The translations under genes and the position numbers were made by a program. A DNA stretch of 64,000 nt, taken from contig CAMKPE010000008.1 of the NCBI GenBank assembly GCA_946414595.1, positions 1,152 to 65,151 on the forward strand, given 5' to 3'. The notes below the pieces were generated by a model. That model worked only from the letters and a program-made list of their open reading frames with translations. It was not told where the DNA came from and searched no databases. This DNA comes from an uncultured Clostridium sp. (GTDB taxonomy: Bacteria > Bacillota_I > Bacilli_A > RF39 > UBA660). Below, piece after piece: positions 29,001 to 36,000 of this stretch (positions are counted from its first letter, which is position 1; each line of letters starts with the position of its first letter).

Positions 29001-30989
29001 AGGGTTATATCCGTACATTCCACTTTTAAATGTTACAAATATTCCATAAATATCTGCAGTACCTGCATTTATAGCACCATTTCTTCCCGTTAAGTATCCT
29101 AGGAAGAATTTCAATTTAGAATTATCATTCATTGCTCTATCATAGTCACTACCCAAGATTATTGTTTCATTAACAGTTGCAGTACCACTATTATAAGTAC
29201 CATAGTAACCATTATAGAAACCACTTTCGACAATTACTCTAAAGTGTCCATTTAATCCACCATAAATAGTATGCGCTACCATGTTAGCACTATTAGATCC
29301 ATTCGATACATTTCTTCCGATTTTTAAATTGTGTGTATTTGCATTTATATAAGGGCTTTGCCCAATTTGACCAAAGTCATTATTACTAGTTCCTGCATTA
29401 GCTCCAGTAAAATGAATATTTTCTATTACTAAATCATTTTGAAGTGTTAAGTTACCAGTTATACTAATTGATCCAGTAATATTTGTTCCTGTTTCTGAAA
29501 CACCTGTTACTGTATATGGTTTATTTTGTGCTAAGTTAGATGCAGTTAAATTAGTTGTACTTGTATATCTAAATATATTCAAATCTCTTGTTACTAGATA
29601 ATAATATCTATCCTGGTCTACAATATTATTATTAGCTTCTTCAAGAGTATATATAGAATGACCATTAGAGTTATTAACACTATCTTGATATTCAATTAAT
29701 TTATATGCTGTTCTACAGTTATTAGCGTTAGTACATACTGAACCATCACTATTGTAGTATTCACCTGTATTAACCATTGTAGTTGTTGGGTTACTTACTT
29801 GATAGAAGAATCCTCCTGTAACATCCCCTACTTCTAAGTCAAATACATAATGTGTTATTGGTACAGACATTTGATATGATCCATTTGGATCTTCAACAAG
29901 GTCCATATATGTAGCATTATAAGCATTAATTGTTGTTGATGTATTATTTCCTCTAGAGCTAAAATTAGGTACAAATTCAAATGATCCACCAGTATATTCA
30001 CTTCCGCCAACTATACCAGAAGTATTTGCAGTATATGCATAACAAGTCCTGTTATTTCCACATCTTGTATAGTTATTATAACGAACATAAGTATAGGAAT
30101 TACTATTTATGTTAGTTTTGTACCAAATACCCGCAGGCATATATCCATCACTACGCACATAAGTACGAGTATATACCATTGTTGTATAATTTTGTTTCCA
30201 TACTGCTTTTGCAGGATGGTTTTCATATGTAATTATAGTACGCTGTACTGGTTGCATACCCATACTATTGAATGTACTAATATTAGAGTATGATGTAACA
30301 ACATCTGCTCTATACCAACTAGCATTTAAATGAATTGTAAATTCATCTTGTCCATCGCATTCTATATCCATATATCTTGTGTAATTATCTTTTGTAAAAT
30401 ACATTTTAGTATTATTACATACACCACTTGTAGTATCTTCATTTGAATTACATACCCATCCGTTAAAACCATATTCTACTCCATCTACATATGGTCTTTT
30501 ACTAAACAAGTTATCAGGTAATTCTATTCTTATATAATGATGTCCATTACTATTAGTTGCAAGTGTTCCATTAGCATTTCTTTCTAATGCATAATATTTA
30601 TAATAAATATATTTATTAACATTCTCACTACTTAATGGAGAAACATATCCAACTAGTGATGAATCATTAATATCTTTACCATCATAAATTACTCTTACTT
30701 TTACTAAATATTCATCGTTATAATATCCAGTATTAGTAGAACTTGGAATTATATTTTGATTAAATATTTTCGTATAATTTAGTCCTTTAAAATAGTTATA
30801 ATCACTAGCTAAATCATTTATATGCATTGTAGTATCAACTTTTCCAGATACTGGAGCATCAAACGTTGATACAAATTCTCCATAAGTGAAGAACGTAGTT
30901 AATCCAAAACAAAAAAGAAGAAAAGAAAGAGCTGCAAAAATTATTCTTTTTGTTTTAATTTTTATGATCTTCTTTTTCTTCTTTTTCAT
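23055..30989 (-). CDS. Giant secreted or surface protein (2644 aa) with a long parallel-beta-helix-like (V/I)(Y/F)GG(G/S)N repeat array
   Basis: The N-terminus is K-rich, then hydrophobic, ending ..GLTTFFTYGEFVSTF (TasA/SipW-type signal-like). Dozens of ~24-25-aa units containing YGGGN / YGGSN / YGGNN lie between ~25650 and ~29550. The ~850-aa C-terminal region is non-repetitive. There is no LPXTG motif and no C-terminal TM segment. Confidence 0.85.
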   Translation of the reverse strand: MKKKKKKIIKIKTKRIIFAALSFLLFCFGLTTFFTYGEFVSTFDAPVSGKVDTTMHINDLASDYNYFKGLNYTKIFNQNIIPSSTNTGYYNDEYLVKVRVIYDGKDINDSSLVGYVSPLSSENVNKYIYYKYYALERNANGTLATNSNGHHYIRIELPDNLFSKRPYVDGVEYGFNGWVCNSNEDTTSGVCNNTKMYFTKDNYTRYMDIECDGQDEFTIHLNASWYRADVVTSYSNISTFNSMGMQPVQRTIITYENHPAKAVWKQNYTTMVYTRTYVRSDGYMPAGIWYKTNINSNSYTYVRYNNYTRCGNNRTCYAYTANTSGIVGGSEYTGGSFEFVPNFSSRGNNTSTTINAYNATYMDLVEDPNGSYQMSVPITHYVFDLEVGDVTGGFFYQVSNPTTTMVNTGEYYNSDGSVCTNANNCRTAYKLIEYQDSVNNSNGHSIYTLEEANNNIVDQDRYYYLVTRDLNIFRYTSTTNLTASNLAQNKPYTVTGVSETGTNITGSISITGNLTLQNDLVIENIHFTGANAGTSNNDFGQIGQSPYINANTHNLKIGRNVSNGSNSANMVAHTIYGGLNGHFRVIVESGFYNGYYGTYNSGTATVNETIILGSDYDRAMNDNSKLKFFLGYLTGRNGAINAGTADIYGIFVTFKSGMYGYNPDGTPSNDPDGAGAYISGRGTSVTTHATNGIKIEGGSINIILGGSGYRYNNNNGANAVYIGMSGGDVRQIYGGATQNTTYGNRIINISGGVIHYSVLGGSNSNGGTGNNIGIIDGDTIVYVGGTAVVGDQTGSINDVEAGSVFGAGGGADGYPTRGSVKNSHVIINGATITDGVYGGGNFGSTGTQTTQSSTAKIEILSGTIGNVYGGSKSAGFSKNEYKSSSVIDIDISGGTIGNVYGGSNTTGEVYGSVDMDIIGGTITGNVYGGGKGAPTFVSNNIDITIGRNGITNTPIIQGNIYGGSALGIVNSNSSNGSASGNTSITINNGSISGSVFGGGQGDNSTTPYVRGNVTVTVNNGTINDVFGGNDVKGTPNGNINVYINGGNTTNVFGGGNYAPINTSHVYLNGGTITNVYGGGNLANATTTNVHLQGANATTIYGGSNESGTVTTANVTSSSGSATTIYGGNNLGGTTTTSNVTITGGTLSAVYGGGNVATTGTTHLYLNGGTIPNAYAGGNQAGVTSSTNTILNGATVTNLFGGSNNSGNVTASYITTSSGTATNIYGGNNLGGKTLTSNLTINGGNIDTIYGGGNVAETDTTNLTLNGATIANVYGGGNQAGITNKTNVTLQGSTVTTIFGGSNQSGTVVESNITTSSGNATTIYGGNNLGGKTNTTKITTGGGTIATIFGGGNVAETDTTIINLNSGNITDVYGGGNEAGITVSTSVNQNNATVGSIYGGSNQSGTVPVSNIIVAGGTTTNIYGGNNQGGTTTTTHVTVNDGNVTDIYGGGNYADSTTSNVTINKTASTISNIYGGGNQASVDTANVILKGVSRITNVYGGSNMAGAVQESHVSIPANNSSVIVNKIFGGNNRGGRTISANVDLKAGQVTYVYGGGNYADTTGTNTNIENAIINGQVYGGGNQAAVDNNSVLRIVNATISGNVFGGGNLGIVGHDTDVFVQNSTLGANLFAGGNGTTAIVHGNTVLNVGGTTSVANHVFGGGNAAATGTPEANNSTSLVNIAGLTCGGNVYGGANTSVLYGTVNVNIGKDVVTENTLTKGDIDITGTVFGGGEANASGSEIYDFSFISVTTGITINIDANSHNVFDIHGSIFGSGNASSTSGYSNILIKNYGTEANYKTNVSIQRASTVTLENSVIELIGATDRTNEYSDVLFSLSRLDEIALVNNSVIYLKNGTNLVKKFSSGLKTGNTVVKEAVEIDEDGIQSRNVNNKLYVYEGKNINIATNENITAYGEVSGMTFFGMFTYDRNGKVYPAMYNTDYTNTTTVPSSEIVHFTKGSYVLGLHKTNHNYEEDGFYTNYPNKTETDKIFVGYIIPTPEDSNYYMWVVGDQVTSIEIDLTASKYSTLGTYELPLINFSQANTTFSVLGFNYNDLNSEVELVGKDEIPRIAETHELADNRMALVMKSSDNGWLTIGKTTFLTNESYFDGTINYKSENSNTVPTLLFYLYHSKNLETAGSMGTATISMVAIIPIDDLNNEVKRININVNISRALYTTDDYEGTITTGKVYEMFAPGVVNITSKSAFTTYYSLFVEKDETIYREGYHRVLASTYNFPENTKITMIDLLSGTTPEYYYYVVTHDDFVNKQAELQANGDVAYPLSKFIKMGSDNPNNHYNDATKNLLYYDDDLGIAEEEFIFIVDFKEAGIEEDAIEKYLLLELRSSDDEIILSVIGVQQQQLFYNLYANKDSIIDVDGTMSTDEVYIGEEVMLNVTTNFVQQKVNNNPVIDTNFYDYRSGIKISILDSNDNVVNGPSIMGISYTLGNTTYYPRFDGTVRINVAERIANVSSNITINTEGSNLASGNYKMLIESFGSPDGIYYGLTSSDSVTIPFTVKNTIYGLKAVVDSEDLIVDKTTGETQNGTNAMAFNFQFSSGLLNPNIRVSLYRRDYDEVYSSIYHLVDFKDFFTNNFSDTNVEKLYLVFDDPQATMSQVLYLKDNLRSGTYKIVFSLYDNNTYIGEVYKYIIIK
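26480..27665 (-). repeat. Four tandem ~297-bp (99-aa) higher-order repeats within the giant gene
   Basis: Each unit is four coils, e.g. V..S.ITTSSG.AT.IYGGNNLGG / ....S..TI.GG.....YGGGNVA. / TDTT.L.LNG..I..VYGGGNQAG / IT..TNV.LQG.TVT..FGGSNQSG. The units are recognisably repeated at the DNA level. Confidence 0.8.
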
Positions 30990-31003
30990 AATTTTTATCC
31001 TTT

Positions 31004-32011
31004 CTATGATGGATTAACTGTTAGTTGTAAATCAAATTGAATATCATCATATGAGGCATCATTTTCACAATCTACATCTTGTCCTTCAATCCACATGTAT
31101 ATTCTCATTTTTGTGATTCCACTTTCTAATGTAAATACAGGTACATATGCTGTGAAATCATTTCTTGTGTAATAATCAATATTTACTGTTTTAAATTTTG
31201 TTGGAAAATATGCTCCTTTAGCATTTCTTAGTAATACGTTATCTGCTTTTGCTATTTCCTCTATTATTCCATCATATATTATTCTATTTGCATTTTCTGT
31301 TTGTGTTATTATTCCATACAAGTTGTTAGCGTGGTTAACTGCTGCTGTTGTATGAATATCATAGTTTGGTTCCCAAGAGTAAACTGTGTTATTTGTTGCT
31401 CCTTTCAAACTTTGTATTTCACTTAAATCAGTTCCTGCTGGAACAGTTCCCTCATTTACAAATACTATTCTTGTAGCATTTGCAATTCCTTTTCCTGTTT
31501 CGTTATTCATATAAGTTACTTTTGAATTACTTGTTAAGTATAATTGTGTATCACTACTTACTTTAAAGAACAAATCAAATACGATAAATTTTCCATCATT
31601 TGATGATCCATTACCTTCTGTTTCAATACTTCTTGTACTTGTTAGTATGTAATCACCAGTTGCATTGTTATCTGTTGTTCCGTAATACATTTTTAGGTAT
31701 CCAGTTGTTGTATCAACTTCAAGTCCACTTGATACTGGCTCTAATGTATAAGGTATTTGGTTAACACTAGTTGGGTAAGTAGTCGCATGTACGTTTGTTA
31801 TATCTTCTGGTGTAATAATTGATTTCCAATTTGTACCATCAGCAGATATTTCTATACCTCCACTTGCTGCTACGTGAACGTTGATTGTATTTACTGTTAC
31901 TATTCTGTTTGATGTGAACCATGCATAAGTTGTTGTTGAAAGCATTGTTAGTGTAAACAAAAATAGTACCAATAAGTAAATGCGTCTTAGTTTTCTATTC
32001 ATTACTATCAT
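31004..32011 (-). CDS. SipW-type-signal exported protein, ~335-360 aa, paralogue of 39545-40576
   Basis: The signal ends ..LSTTTYAWFTSN. Shared blocks with the paralogue are GIEISADGTNWKSI, NQIPYTLEPVS, GKFIVFDLFFKV, WEPNYDIHTTAAVNHA and GITKMRIYMWIEGQDVDCEN. The ORF is open to 32092. I favour ATG 32011, which has GGTGG 9 nt upstream; 32002 and 32020 are also possible. Confidence 0.8.
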   Translation of the reverse strand: MIVMNRKLRRIYLLVLFLFTLTMLSTTTYAWFTSNRIVTVNTINVHVAASGGIEISADGTNWKSIITPEDITNVHATTYPTSVNQIPYTLEPVSSGLEVDTTTGYLKMYYGTTDNNATGDYILTSTRSIETEGNGSSNDGKFIVFDLFFKVSSDTQLYLTSNSKVTYMNNETGKGIANATRIVFVNEGTVPAGTDLSEIQSLKGATNNTVYSWEPNYDIHTTAAVNHANNLYGIITQTENANRIIYDGIIEEIAKADNVLLRNAKGAYFPTKFKTVNIDYYTRNDFTAYVPVFTLESGITKMRIYMWIEGQDVDCENDASYDDIQFDLQLTVNPS

Positions 32012-32786
32012 TTTGTTCATCCACCTTTTCTTCTTCGCTTTCCTTACTTTCTTCAATCTTTTGTAATTCGTTTGGATTAATTCTTTCTTCACGGATATTC
32101 ATATGCATTTTTATATCTCCACCAATAAGTGAATTAACAGTATCAGGATCATCTCCTTCAATCCATACGACTATTGTTATTCTATCTGGTGAGTTTGGAG
32201 CAAGTGTTTTTCTTTCTTCCAAAACAGCAATATATTCTTCGCTTCTTCTATTTCCTTCGTAGAAAGGTTTAGTATCAGGTTCAGCTTCACCTGTATCAGC
32301 ATTCTTTTTAGCATATACAGTAGGTTCACCATTTAAGTAGATCATTATTCTTATTCCTTCATCTACTCTTTTAATAACGTCATCAATTACTACTTCATAC
32401 CAATAGTCTACTGCAACATTACTAATGTTTTCTACATAGAATGTATAAGCTATATAGTTTTGTCCATTATGTGAACCTTCTTTTTCTGTATCTATATCAG
32501 CTGGAATCCATTTAATAGAAATGTTATCCATATAAGGCATTTCATCAGCATATAATTTTCTTTTAATGTCTCTATCTTCTTTAAAGTCGTAGATAACTAA
32601 ACTACTATCACGAGTTGCATCTTTATCAAGTTGAATTACAAATCTACCACCTTTAAAAATAACAGTTAGGATAACGAAAATTGTTGTTAACACACCCAAA
32701 AGAACTAAACTAGCTATTTTAGCCACTTTAGCTGTCTTTTTTCTCTTATTTAATTTCTCAGCAGTAAGCAATACATCTTTAGCCAT
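31995..32786 (-). CDS. Membrane-anchored exported protein related to the locus subunits (263 aa)
   Basis: TM anchor IASLVLLGVLTTIFVILTVIF. The C-terminal block IVVWIEGDDPDTVNSLIGGDIKMHM resembles YMWIEGQDVDCEN of the ~360-aa paralogues. The tail is acidic. The start is moved to MAKDVLL (ATG 32786), which is preceded by AGGAG. Confidence 0.7.
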   Translation of the reverse strand: MAKDVLLTAEKLNKRKKTAKVAKIASLVLLGVLTTIFVILTVIFKGGRFVIQLDKDATRDSSLVIYDFKEDRDIKRKLYADEMPYMDNISIKWIPADIDTEKEGSHNGQNYIAYTFYVENISNVAVDYWYEVVIDDVIKRVDEGIRIMIYLNGEPTVYAKKNADTGEAEPDTKPFYEGNRRSEEYIAVLEERKTLAPNSPDRITIVVWIEGDDPDTVNSLIGGDIKMHMNIREERINPNELQKIEESKESEEEKVDEQNDSNE

Positions 32787-32909
32787 ATTAGTCTCCTGTT
32801 TTCTTATCCTATATACGTAAAATTTTATCATATTTTGCCTATTTTTACAACAATTTGGCTTTAAAAATAATCTTTATGATATACTTAATTTAAAGTAGGA
32901 GGTGTTTGT

Positions 32910-33488
32910 TTGTTAGAGAAGAAATTTTTAATGATTGCACTATCATTAAGCTCTTTATTTTTAACAATGTGCATGATTAACGAAACGTATGCTAAATACG
33001 CTACAGTTGCAACCTCTACTACATCATCTTCAATTGCAAGATGGAAAATTTTAGTTAATAATGATGACATTACTTTAGGTGCTACATCTTCTTCATTAAT
33101 AACACCAGTATTTCCTGGTTCTAGCGATATTAGTGAAGATGTTATAGCCCCAAATGCTGAAGGATATTTTGATTTAGTACTAGACGCAAGTAGTGTTGAT
33201 GTTTCATTTGAATATAGTATTACTATTGGAACCAATCCAAATAGTCCTGTAACCGAACTTGTTGCTACTAAATACGTTATTAATGGTGGCGATGAAATAG
33301 AATTTGGCTCAGAGAAAAAAGTTGAAGGAATTGTAAGACTTGCTGATAGAGATGACCCAATTAATATAAGAGTTTATGTTAAATGGGATGATTCATTAGA
33401 GTTAATGACTAACGCTGAAGATACTGATACTACTGTTGGGAATCAGCAAGGAATGCTTGATGTAACAATTAGAGTTGTACAAATATAA
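32910..33488 (+). CDS. Small TasA-like exported protein (192 aa), paralogue of 41842-42453; the only plus-strand gene in the locus
   Basis: TTG start 5 nt after AGGAGGTG. The signal ends ..CMINETYAKYATV. Shared blocks with the 203-aa paralogue are IARWKILVNNDDI / IAKWQVKVNNDSI, APNAEGYFDL / APGMTGYFDI and IRVYVKWDD / IRVYLSWVN. A strong terminator follows. Confidence 0.75.
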   Translation: MLEKKFLMIALSLSSLFLTMCMINETYAKYATVATSTTSSSIARWKILVNNDDITLGATSSSLITPVFPGSSDISEDVIAPNAEGYFDLVLDASSVDVSFEYSITIGTNPNSPVTELVATKYVINGGDEIEFGSEKKVEGIVRLADRDDPINIRVYVKWDDSLELMTNAEDTDTTVGNQQGMLDVTIRVVQI

Positions 33489-33516
33489 AAGATACACAAA
33501 TGTGTATCTTTTTTTA
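33488..33516. terminator. Bidirectional intrinsic terminator between convergent genes
   Basis: Stem aaagatacaca / tgtgtatcttt with a 2-nt loop, a T-run downstream and an A-rich run upstream. Confidence 0.7.
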
Positions 33517-34137
33517 ATCGTTTGTTTGTACTGCTGATATTTTAATTGTTATTTCTATACTTGGTTCTTGCGGATAATCAGAATGATATTGGTATGATCT
33601 ATTTCCCCAGTATGTATCCAAAGAATCATTACCAGATTCAAATGGCCATTCTACGTTTATCGAGAATGTTGCATAACCAGTACCTGCATCTAATTCACCT
33701 GTAGTTAAATCAAATGTGATACTAAATGGATAATCATCTGCGAGCATATTTTTAAGCATATCGCTAGTTAATACAGTACCATCTACTGTATATAAAGTAC
33801 CTAATATCTTAGCACTTATTATTTCATAAGCAATTTCAGCATCACGCTCACCACGATTGTATGCGGTAATGCTATCTGTATAATCATCCATACCTGGTCT
33901 AATACTAGGAATATTAAAACTAATATATTCTTCTACCTGTGTATTATTTTGAGTAAACATAATCTCCCACGAATCAATGTGAGCTGTTATACTACCAGAT
34001 ACTTTTGTTGCATATATAAACCAAGCAAATGTAGTTGACGAAAATGTAATCACAAGCAAAATAAGAGTACTAAGACGTACTCTTTTGAAAATAATCTTTA
34101 ATATTTCAATTAATGTTACTTTCTTTTTAGAGCTCAT
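33514..34137 (-). CDS. SipW-type-signal exported TasA-like protein (207 aa)
   Basis: The signal ends ..FSSTTFAWFIYATKV. It has the TasA-like strand FNIPSIRPGMDDYTDSITAYNRGE. RBS AAGGAG lies upstream, and the start is 2 nt after the sipW stop. Confidence 0.75.
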   Translation of the reverse strand: MSSKKKVTLIEILKIIFKRVRLSTLILLVITFSSTTFAWFIYATKVSGSITAHIDSWEIMFTQNNTQVEEYISFNIPSIRPGMDDYTDSITAYNRGERDAEIAYEIISAKILGTLYTVDGTVLTSDMLKNMLADDYPFSITFDLTTGELDAGTGYATFSINVEWPFESGNDSLDTYWGNRSYQYHSDYPQEPSIEITIKISAVQTND

Positions 34138-34139
34138 AA

Positions 34140-34766
34140 TTACTCCTTATTTTCTTCTTTAACCTCTTCTATTTCTTCTTTTACTTCTTCTTGAACTTCA
34201 GGTATTTTAACCTCTTCTTGTAGTTTTTCAGGTTCTTTTACCTTTTCTTTTTTTGGTTCATTTTTCTCAAGAACAATATCTCTAATATCTAAGAATATTA
34301 ATATTGAGAATGGTACGAATACCATAATATAGAACATTACGCTGTTGTTCATTAATTTACTAAAAGCACTTAAAACACCTAATTTAGTTATTACCTTTCC
34401 TTGTACTTGATTATAAGTAATTGCAGGATCTTCAAAATCATTAGCGTCTCCTTTTGTATGAATTTCATTATCAATTCTTATAACTCTATGGGTTACTATC
34501 TTTCCTGCAAAGTCATCTACTTCTCCTTGATAAACAATATTATCGCCTACTTTAATATCGTCTTTAGATACTTCCTTAGCAAGAAGCATATCCCCTATTT
34601 CATACTCTGGTTCCATTGATCCAGTTAATACTGTATAAACACCATAACCGAACATTCTAGCTTTGTTTCCAGAGAATTTTTGTACTAATACTACTATTAA
34701 AATTAATACTACTAGAATAGTTAATAAAACTTTTAATGATTTTAAAAATATTTTTAATGCTTTCAT
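34140..34766 (-). CDS. sipW: Signal peptidase I, SipW (archaeal/ER S26B) type, with a K/E-rich C-terminal tail
   Basis: N-terminal TM, catalytic-Ser motif LTGSMEPEYEIGD, His motif IVTHRVIRI, Asp motif TKGDANDFED, a C-terminal TM segment, and then EKNEPKKEKVKEPEKLQEE... Confidence 0.85.
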   Translation of the reverse strand: MKALKIFLKSLKVLLTILVVLILIVVLVQKFSGNKARMFGYGVYTVLTGSMEPEYEIGDMLLAKEVSKDDIKVGDNIVYQGEVDDFAGKIVTHRVIRIDNEIHTKGDANDFEDPAITYNQVQGKVITKLGVLSAFSKLMNNSVMFYIMVFVPFSILIFLDIRDIVLEKNEPKKEKVKEPEKLQEEVKIPEVQEEVKEEIEEVKEENKE

Positions 34767-34773
34767 ATTACCT

Positions 34774-35961
34774 CTATTCTAAGTTTAATGAATCAAATCT
34801 TTCAACATATTGTTTTATTGCCATCTTAAACTTATCATGTATTTCCTTGTCGTTAACAACATTTTTATATTTTACAACTGTATAATACTTATCAATTAAA
34901 TCAAGTATTTCTTTCTTATCAATAGCATTCATTTCAATTAATTTTTGAAGCATACTATTAACAATCTTTTTAGATACTTCTTTCTTTCTACTATCTGTTT
35001 TTCTTGATGATCCATTAGCATATAAATTAAGTACTAAATAGTTAAGTAAGAAAATTTCATCTTGATAATCTTTAGGTTTACCTTCTACTTTTTCATTTTT
35101 TGTTTCTTTAACATTTTTAGTTTCTGTATTCATATGCTCTTGCATATAATTCCATAATTTTAATGCATATTGGAAGTTTGTATTTTTAAGTATTACATTT
35201 GTCTTTTTAATTGGTGAAGTAACTAGTGTTATATGTAATTTTTGTATTGTTTTATATGTTTCTGATCCAGTTAAATCAGTAACTTTATTTTCTAATTTTT
35301 CTATACGTTCTAGTACTTTACCAATACTATTTTCATCTTGAGAATCCTCTTCTAGATTACTATCTAATACGATATTCATACTGTATTTTGTGTTACCTAG
35401 TTTTGTTGATGCATTATATTTTAATTTCTTATTATCTTTTGCACAAGTAACACCTTCAAGAGCTTTTTTCTTGAAGTTTATGTATGCTCTCATATTCTGA
35501 ATTAAGCTGTAGATAAACCTATTTTCATAAGTATCATAGCTCTCTTCTTTGTTGATATTTAAAATCTTAGAGGGTTTAACTTCTCCTGTTTTTTTATCAA
35601 ATTTTTGTATTAAGTTAGTATTTCTTGAAAGGTGCTTAATACTTTCTACAGTAACACGTCTTGCAAGTTCTACTTTAACTATATCTTCTTCATTTATTAT
35701 GAATCTATTAGGGTTTCTTAAGATATTATCGATGTACCTAACTGTGTCTTCCATTATGGTTAACCATTCTGTTGAAAACTCTGTTTTATCGTAGTCTATA
35801 TCTATGTCTAAACTAGATATAATACCATTATTGAATTCTTCAATTGTTTCATTTGAATGTTCATTATACAAATCTGTTATTTGAAGTTCTCCGACATTAG
35901 TATCATCAGTTTCAACTAGTTCTGATACTTCAGTATCTTCAGTTTCAACAACTTCATCCAT
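34774..35961 (-). CDS. McrC N-terminal / DUF2357-like protein without a recognisable nuclease domain (395 aa)
   Basis: Acidic N-terminus, then ILRNPNRFIINEEDIVKVELARRVTVESIKHL...SYDTYENRFIYSLIQNM, which resembles the McrC/DUF2357 core (E. coli McrC NEDTLANRIIKSTL, from memory). It lies directly downstream of the McrB-like gene. I saw no canonical PD-(D/E)xK motif. Confidence 0.6.
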   Translation of the reverse strand: MDEVVETEDTEVSELVETDDTNVGELQITDLYNEHSNETIEEFNNGIISSLDIDIDYDKTEFSTEWLTIMEDTVRYIDNILRNPNRFIINEEDIVKVELARRVTVESIKHLSRNTNLIQKFDKKTGEVKPSKILNINKEESYDTYENRFIYSLIQNMRAYINFKKKALEGVTCAKDNKKLKYNASTKLGNTKYSMNIVLDSNLEEDSQDENSIGKVLERIEKLENKVTDLTGSETYKTIQKLHITLVTSPIKKTNVILKNTNFQYALKLWNYMQEHMNTETKNVKETKNEKVEGKPKDYQDEIFLLNYLVLNLYANGSSRKTDSRKKEVSKKIVNSMLQKLIEMNAIDKKEILDLIDKYYTVVKYKNVVNDKEIHDKFKMAIKQYVERFDSLNLE

Positions 35962-36000
35962 AATATCACCCCAATTCTTTTTATTCTTTTTAATTCTTTA

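Noticed and set aside
25650-29550. Considered whether the regular repeats could be a CRISPR array or non-coding satellite
   Set aside because: The repeats are in-frame coding units of one uninterrupted 7.9-kb ORF. There is no repeat-spacer structure and there are no cas genes.
32885-33235. Minus-strand 116-aa ORF overlapping 32910-33488
   Set aside because: The plus-strand frame is longer. It has AGGAGGTG plus a terminator, a signal peptide and a clear paralogue (41842-42453). The minus frame has none of these.
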